Made by a program: the position numbers and the translations under genes
In this document: piece after piece, positions 58,700-64,000 of the stretch
Layout: the number at the start of each line of letters is the position of its first letter
Position numbering within the stretch: the first letter of the stretch is position 1
Notes under the pieces: model-generated
Database searches by the model: none
The model's input: only the letters and a program-made list of their open reading frames with translations
What the model was told of the DNA's origin: nothing
NCBI GenBank assembly: GCA_963662435.1
Contig: OY759598.1
Location: forward strand, 962,507 to 1,026,506
From: Dehalococcoidia bacterium
Lineage (GTDB): Bacteria; Chloroflexota; Dehalococcoidia; Lucifugimonadales; VXLM01
DNA length: 64,000 bases
Direction: 5' to 3'

Positions 58700-58728
58700 A
58701 CGCTACCACTAGATGTTGGGTGTGTCAA
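58700..58728 (-). promoter_or_regulatory. nrdR promoter with an NrdR box in the spacer
   Basis: Minus strand TTGACA-N17-TAGCGT; CCACTAGATGTTGGGT (58706-58721) fills the spacer. Confidence 0.75.
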
Positions 58729-58907
58729 GCACGAAATCGCAAGGGGTCGTAGCTGGACTGACGAATGGCCCGATTTTGGAAATGCCGTTGAAAGCCTGTG
58801 TCAAGCCGTTCTTGCGTCTCTGAGAATTCCGTGTGAAATTAACGGAATGTTAAGATTTGGGCACATCCCGCATTGAGTCATAAACCATTGGGGGAATGTT
58901 TTAGCAG

Positions 58908-59038
58908 CTGTTCAGAGATGGTGAGATTGCACGAACTGTTCTCTCGCTGTCATTCTGAGGAGCGCAGCGACGAAGAATCAACAATCTCTACCCCGCCGGG
59001 GGAGAGATACAGAGAGGGGGTCTTCGCAATTCAACTCA
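58908..59038. repeat. Dispersed ~130-bp repeat, copy 2
   Basis: Contains GTCATTCTGAGGAGCGCAGCGACGAAGAATC and the CCCC/GGGGGAGAG hairpin; reverse complement matches 30172-30297. Confidence 0.9.
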
Positions 59039-59130
59039 CCAAGACTGAACAATTACATGTTTTTGGGAAAGTTCGCAGGTGTGGGGGCAAGGGGGAGTGG
59101 GGGAGTGAGTCTCTGCCGGCTGTAGACGCC

Positions 59131-59158
59131 AAAAGGGGCCGCGTAATGCGGCCCCTTT
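59131..59158 (-). terminator. Intrinsic terminator after ftsZ
   Basis: GGGGCCGC-GTAAT-GCGGCCCC flanked by A and T tracts. Confidence 0.8.
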
Positions 59159-59210
59159 GACCCTACTTCTCCCCTGATCCATCGAGTGTAGGGGACTCGA
59201 CGGAACTAAA

Positions 59211-60296
59211 CTACCGCACCACCGCCTCATCTTGATACTTGGAAATGCGCCGCAGGAATGGAGGAAGATCGATATCCGCCTCTTCGTGCCCCAGCGCATC
59301 CTTGAGGAGCCGCTTGATCTGGTCGTCCTGCTCCCGCAAGTTCTCCGTGGTCGGGAAGCCGGTCGCGATGACCGTGAGCTTCACCTCATTCTCCATCTTG
59401 GCGTCGTTGGCCATACCGAAGATGATGTTCGCGTCGGGATCCACCACACGCTGGAGAACCTCTGCCGCCTCGTGAAGTTCGGACAGCCGGAGGTCGGAAC
59501 CACCGGTCACGTTGAACAGCACACCCGTCGCCCCTTCTACGGAAACGTCGAGAAGTGGGTTCGAAATCGCCTGCTGCGCCGCGGCCTTGGCCCTGTTTTC
59601 ACCCTTGCCCCACCCTATGGACATCCAGGCGGGACCGGCATCACGCATCACGGACTGGATGTCCGCGAAGTCCAGGTTTATCTCTCCGGGTACCGTTACG
59701 AGCTCTGCGATCGACTGGACGCCGAGCCGGAGAACGTCATCGGCCATGCGGAAGGCGTTCTCCGCCGTGATCTCTTCGTCAGAGATGACGTGGAGTCGCT
59801 CGTTCGGTATGACGAGAAGGGTATCGACGTGCTGCTTGAGCCTATCAATGCCAAGTTCGGCGGTGCGCATGCGGCGCGTTCCCTCGAACATGAACGGCAT
59901 GGTGACCACGCCGACTGTTAGTGCCCCGGTCTCCTTGATGATCTCTGAGATCACCGGAGCCGCGCCCGTGCCCGTGCCGCCGCCCATTCCGGCCGCGATG
60001 AATACCATGTCGGCATCGCGGATGGCTTCGTGTACTTCTTCCCTGCTCTCGCCCGCGGACTTGGCGCCCAGGTCGGGATTGCCCCCGACGCCCTTGCCTT
60101 CCGTCAGCAGCTCGCCGATGGCGATGCGGACCGGCACGTCCGACCGCAGGAGCGCCTGCGTATCCGTATTGACAACCATGTACTCGATGCCCGGAAGTCG
60201 TTCACGGAACATCCTTGAGACGGCGTTGGAGCCACCGCCGCCTACTCCGATGACCTTGATGCTGGCTCCGTTCTGAGGGTTTGTATTGACGACCAT
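59211..60296 (-). CDS. ftsZ: Cell division protein FtsZ
   Basis: GVGGGGSNAV, GGGTGTG, INLDFAD, C-terminal DLPPFLRR. Confidence 0.98.
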   Translation of the reverse strand: MVVNTNPQNGASIKVIGVGGGGSNAVSRMFRERLPGIEYMVVNTDTQALLRSDVPVRIAIGELLTEGKGVGGNPDLGAKSAGESREEVHEAIRDADMVFIAAGMGGGTGTGAAPVISEIIKETGALTVGVVTMPFMFEGTRRMRTAELGIDRLKQHVDTLLVIPNERLHVISDEEITAENAFRMADDVLRLGVQSIAELVTVPGEINLDFADIQSVMRDAGPAWMSIGWGKGENRAKAAAQQAISNPLLDVSVEGATGVLFNVTGGSDLRLSELHEAAEVLQRVVDPDANIIFGMANDAKMENEVKLTVIATGFPTTENLREQDDQIKRLLKDALGHEEADIDLPPFLRRISKYQDEAVVR

Positions 60297-60327
60297 TAAG
60301 TCCTCCCTTTCTTTGGTGCGATAGTAC

Positions 60328-61653
60328 CTACGACATGATCCCTACAAGTCGACGTTTTAGTCCTCCGAAGAGGCCGGTTGAATCACTATTCGAGTAAGTG
60401 AGGGCATGCCCGTTGCGGCCGCGCCCCTTCTCCAGGTTGCCATTCCTTGAACCGAATCCCAATTCATCGGGCAGGTATTCGTTCAGACCCCAGAGGAGAA
60501 TGCCGACGCTTGTCGCGTATGCCTTGTCCTTCAATTCGGCAGGAGCGGTCCCTGGAATGGCGGGAACGCCCTGCCGGACCCGGACTCCGACGGTGCTGCG
60601 AATAATCTCGGCAAATCCGGGCAGATTGGATGCTCCTCCGGTAAGAACGAGCACGGTGTCCTCGGTACCCTTCTTCCGCTCCGAATCGAGCTTCAGCTTG
60701 ATCATCCGCGCCAGCTCCATGGCGCGCTCCCGCACGAGTTGACAGATCTCGAGGCGGCTGACCTTCAGGTCCTTGTCTCGCCCGACTACAGGCACCATGA
60801 TGTGCTCGTTGGCGGATGCCGACTGATACTCTGCGTTCGCATGTTCCAGTTTGATCGCCTCTGCCGCTTCAAATGAGGTACTGAATGAAAGGGCGAGATC
60901 GTTGGTGAACTGGAACCCTCCGACCGGAATGACGCCGGTGTAGTAAATTGAGCCCTGTCTGAAGGCAACGATGTCGGTAGTGCCTCCGCCTATATCGACG
61001 ATAACCGCGCCCTTCTGGCGCTCCCTCTTGGTTAGAACGGACAGGCCGCTGGCCAGGGGTTCGAGGACCAGGCTATTGACCTTCACGCCTGCCAATTCAA
61101 TGATATCGACGAGACTGTCGATGAAGGTGTTGGAACCCGTTACGAAATGCGTCTCTACCTGCATTTCCTTGCTGTGCATTCCCACGGGATGCCGGATGCC
61201 GGATTCCCCGTCCAGCGTATAGCTGATAGAACTGGCGTGGATTACCGTGCGGCCCGGCAGGTCGATTGACTCGCGCAGCTTTATGGGAGCCCGCACCACA
61301 TCATCGGAGGTGACGACTCCCTTGCGATTGCTCACCTGTAGCTTCTCGTAACGGTTTTCAAACCGAACGTGAGCTCCTGAAATGCCAACAAATGCCGAGT
61401 CCACCTTGTGACCGCTAGAGTCCTCCGCGGACTTGATTGAGACTCGAACTGCACGTTCAGCAGCCTCCAGATCCGAGACAACACCCTTCCGCATGCCGGT
61501 GTTCTTGGCCGCGCCGTACCCGAGAATTTTGACGTGGTCATTCCCCACCTTGCGGCCTACTATCGTGCAGACCTTGGTCGTACCGACGTCTATAGCTGCT
61601 ACGATCTCATCTGACAACATTCGGGATACTCCATTGTTGTTTCGGTTTGCCAT
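60328..61653 (-). CDS. ftsA: Cell division protein FtsA
   Basis: AIDVGTTKV, GMRKG, LEPLAS, DIGGGTTD, VLTGGAS, C-terminal amphipathic helix LFGGLKRRL. Start could be 61620 or 61695. Confidence 0.95.
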   Translation of the reverse strand: MANRNNNGVSRMLSDEIVAAIDVGTTKVCTIVGRKVGNDHVKILGYGAAKNTGMRKGVVSDLEAAERAVRVSIKSAEDSSGHKVDSAFVGISGAHVRFENRYEKLQVSNRKGVVTSDDVVRAPIKLRESIDLPGRTVIHASSISYTLDGESGIRHPVGMHSKEMQVETHFVTGSNTFIDSLVDIIELAGVKVNSLVLEPLASGLSVLTKRERQKGAVIVDIGGGTTDIVAFRQGSIYYTGVIPVGGFQFTNDLALSFSTSFEAAEAIKLEHANAEYQSASANEHIMVPVVGRDKDLKVSRLEICQLVRERAMELARMIKLKLDSERKKGTEDTVLVLTGGASNLPGFAEIIRSTVGVRVRQGVPAIPGTAPAELKDKAYATSVGILLWGLNEYLPDELGFGSRNGNLEKGRGRNGHALTYSNSDSTGLFGGLKRRLVGIMS

Positions 61654-61720
61654 GCCGTTTTTCGCTTTTCTCTTTCGTTCTTTCTCAAGTAGCACGCCGG
61701 GGAACGTCCGCCTCTTCCAG

Positions 61721-62620
61721 TCACAGCCGTTCCGCCACTCGCAGCTTTGCGCTTCTGCTCCGGGGATTCCCCGAGATTTCCGCAGGGTCCGGCTTCATCA
61801 CCCTTCTGTTGATGAGTCGCAGGGCAGGGGAGGGATTCTCATCGGTAACTGTCGATTCCTTCCGAAGAATGTTCTTCACCAGCCTGTCTTCGATTGAGTG
61901 GTAGGTGATGACAGCCAGTCGACCTCGAGGTCTCAGGACCTCGATGGCCCCATGGATGCCTGCCTCCACGTTTTCGAGCTCTCCATTGACCGCCATTCGA
62001 AGGGCTTGGAAGGTACGGGTCGCCGGATGAATGTTCCTGCGCCCCCGGCTGCCCCTTCCAACTGCTCCGGCTATCACTTCGGCCAATTCCGTCGTGGTCT
62101 CTATCCGCCGGGCCCTGACAATCGCTCTAGCGATGCGTCGCGACCTGCGTTCCTCTCCCAACTGGTAGATGAGATCTGCAAGGTCGCCTTCTTTGGTTTC
62201 ATTGACGATATCCCTTGCCGATCTTTCGACCGAGGGCCCGAATCGCATGTCAAGGATCGCTTCCTTCGAGAAGGCGAACCCGCGAGGGCCGCTGTCCAGC
62301 TGGAGCGAAGATACTCCAAGGTCGAGCAGGACCCCGTCGCAGGGGAGGTGTCCGTTCTTCGCAGCGGCCTCGACAATATTCACATAGCTGGTCTCGTCCA
62401 GGCTCACGCTCTCTCCGAACCTGGAGAGCCGGTCTTCGGCGACCGAAAGCGCTTCGCGGTCCAGATCGAGCCCGAGCAGTCGGGCAGGGGGATCGCAATG
62501 AAGAAGGATAGCCTCGGAATGACCGCCCTCACCCGTAGTGCAGTCGATGTAGAGACCTTCCGAACGCGGCTGCAGCGCCGCTACGACCTCTTCAACCATC
62601 ACGGGCTTGTGACGTATCAC
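61721..62620 (-). CDS. rsmH: 16S rRNA m4C1402 methyltransferase
   Basis: HKPVM, DCTTGEGGHS, DLGVSS.QLD, HPATRTFQALR, NPRSRSAKLR. Confidence 0.97.
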   Translation of the reverse strand: MIRHKPVMVEEVVAALQPRSEGLYIDCTTGEGGHSEAILLHCDPPARLLGLDLDREALSVAEDRLSRFGESVSLDETSYVNIVEAAAKNGHLPCDGVLLDLGVSSLQLDSGPRGFAFSKEAILDMRFGPSVERSARDIVNETKEGDLADLIYQLGEERRSRRIARAIVRARRIETTTELAEVIAGAVGRGSRGRRNIHPATRTFQALRMAVNGELENVEAGIHGAIEVLRPRGRLAVITYHSIEDRLVKNILRKESTVTDENPSPALRLINRRVMKPDPAEISGNPRSRSAKLRVAERL

Positions 62621-62796
62621 CCGACTCCCTCAACAGAGCAATACTGCGTGCTACACTGTTAACGTGCTGGCCTTCTGGCATGCACCTTTAGGCCGGTTAT
62701 CTCGGAGTCTCACAGATAGGCCGAAGTACGTGCAAGGGATTTTGAATACTGTTTTATACTTTTTCTAAACTTCGGCTGAACTAATCAAGAGCGAAG

Positions 62797-63303
62797 ATGA
62801 CCGATTCCAAGCATGAATTCACCTTTGCCGTGCTCACCAGCAGCGACGCAGGGTATAAAGGAGAGCGCGAGGACACGAGCGGAGACGCCGTTGTCGAGAT
62901 GATGACGGCGGCAGGGTTTCGGCTCGTCGACCGAGACATCGTTCCCGATGAAGCCGATCAGATAGCCGAACGTCTCGTTTCCTGGAGCGATGGGGGAGAC
63001 GTGGATATCGTCATCACCACGGGCGGCACGGGACTCGGCCCGCGGGACGTGACGCCTCAGGCCACCTCAACGGTCATAGACTTCGAGGTCCCGGGCATCG
63101 CCGAGGCGATGCGAACGGAGACGATGAGGATAACGCCCATGGCAATGTTGAGCCGTTCCGTCGTCGGAGTTCGCAAGGGGTGCCTCATCGTTAACTTACC
63201 CGGAAGTCCCAAAGGAGTTCGCGAGACCCTCGAAGTGGCGCTCAGGGCCGCATCGCACGGCCTCGAGATGCTCCGAGGCTGGCGTGGCCACCCTTCCCAC
63301 TAG
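62797..63303 (+). CDS. mog: Molybdopterin adenylyltransferase (MogA/MoaB family)
   Basis: REDTSG, TTGGTGLGPRDVTP, AMLSR, NLPGSPKG. Confidence 0.9.
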   Translation: MTDSKHEFTFAVLTSSDAGYKGEREDTSGDAVVEMMTAAGFRLVDRDIVPDEADQIAERLVSWSDGGDVDIVITTGGTGLGPRDVTPQATSTVIDFEVPGIAEAMRTETMRITPMAMLSRSVVGVRKGCLIVNLPGSPKGVRETLEVALRAASHGLEMLRGWRGHPSH

Positions 63304-63360
63304 GGCACAACTCGTCCTCTTCTCAGTACGACAGTCCATTTGTAGGTCTACCTGCTGCAC

Positions 63361-64000
63361 ATGCGATTCCACGTTCTGACAATCTTCCCTCGTATGTTCG
63401 AGAGCCCCTTCGCTGAGGGTGTCGTGCATCGCGGCATCGAAGCGGGCCTGATCGAGCTGTTCGTTCACGACATTCGCGACTTCACCCATGACCGGCATCG
63501 CTCCACCGACGACTACACCTTCGGCGGCGGTCCTGGCATGTTGATGAAACCCGAACCGCTCTTCGAGGGAGTGGAGTTCATCCGCGATGAACATGACGTC
63601 GGCGAAGAAGCTCCCATCATGCTGCTGACGCCTCAGGGGGAACGCCTCACACAGCACTCAGTCGAAACGTTCGCCGTCGAGGACGACGTGATCCTTATAT
63701 GTGGCCGCTACGAGGGATTCGATGAGCGGGTCCGCGAGCACCTCGCGACCCACGAGATCAGCGTCGGAGACTATGTCCTCAATGGGGGAGAGGCGGCCGC
63801 CATCGTGCTTGTTGAGTCGATCGCCAGGCTGGTGCCGGGTGTCCTTGGATCGAACGAGTCTGCGAGGAGCGACTCCTTCTCTTCCGGCCTCCTCCAGTAC
63901 CCGCAGTACACACGCCCCGCGGAGTTTCGGGGAATGACCGTACCGGATATCCTTCTCTCCGGCGACCACGCCCGAATAGAGAAATGGCGCCGCCAGGAGT
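63361..64000 (+). CDS. trmD: tRNA (guanine-N1)-methyltransferase, partial, runs off the right edge
   Basis: Manual translation: [10 protein letters not shown]...[17 protein letters not shown]...[12 protein letters not shown]...[11 protein letters not shown]...YPQYTRP. Confidence 0.95.
   Translation, partial: MRFHVLTIFPRMFESPFAEGVVHRGIEAGLIELFVHDIRDFTHDRHRSTDDYTFGGGPGMLMKPEPLFEGVEFIRDEHDVGEEAPIMLLTPQGERLTQHSVETFAVEDDVILICGRYEGFDERVREHLATHEISVGDYVLNGGEAAAIVLVESIARLVPGVLGSNESARSDSFSSGLLQYPQYTRPAEFRGMTVPDILLSGDHARIEKWRRQE

Overview
This GC-rich (roughly 60% by eye) bacterial chromosomal segment most resembles Chloroflexota, class Dehalococcoidia (SAR202-like). That assignment is inferred from a minimal rsmH-ftsA-ftsZ-nrdR-nrdJ run without mur genes, many paralogous catabolic enzymes, and palindromic REP-type repeats. 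The window has about 58 CDS. They include a 2-oxoacid/acetoin dehydrogenase E1a-E1b-E2 operon, clpS, tilS, pncB, PPi-type PFK, lactate permease, HtrA, HU, pgi, a GGT-like enzyme, a Phd-VapC toxin-antitoxin pair and an orphan antitoxin. Also present are a probable oxidative deoxy-sugar module, three tandem COG3964-like amidohydrolases, birA followed by two double-zinc-ribbon/GT-C glycosyltransferase fusions, proC, pdxA, class II RNR with NrdR boxes, mog and a partial trmD. I found no tRNA, rRNA, CRISPR array or transposase. The most unusual items are: (1) the tandem zinc-ribbon/GT-C pair, where one copy keeps and one loses the acidic DE motif; (2) a composite multi-family REP array and a ~130-bp dispersed inverted repeat; (3) a promoter with a LexA-like box and 10-bp periodic repeats in front of a ROK sugar kinase; (4) several enzymes with altered catalytic motifs; (5) a substrate-binding lipoprotein that appears to have only one lobe. 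All family assignments come from motif recognition by eye, not database searches.
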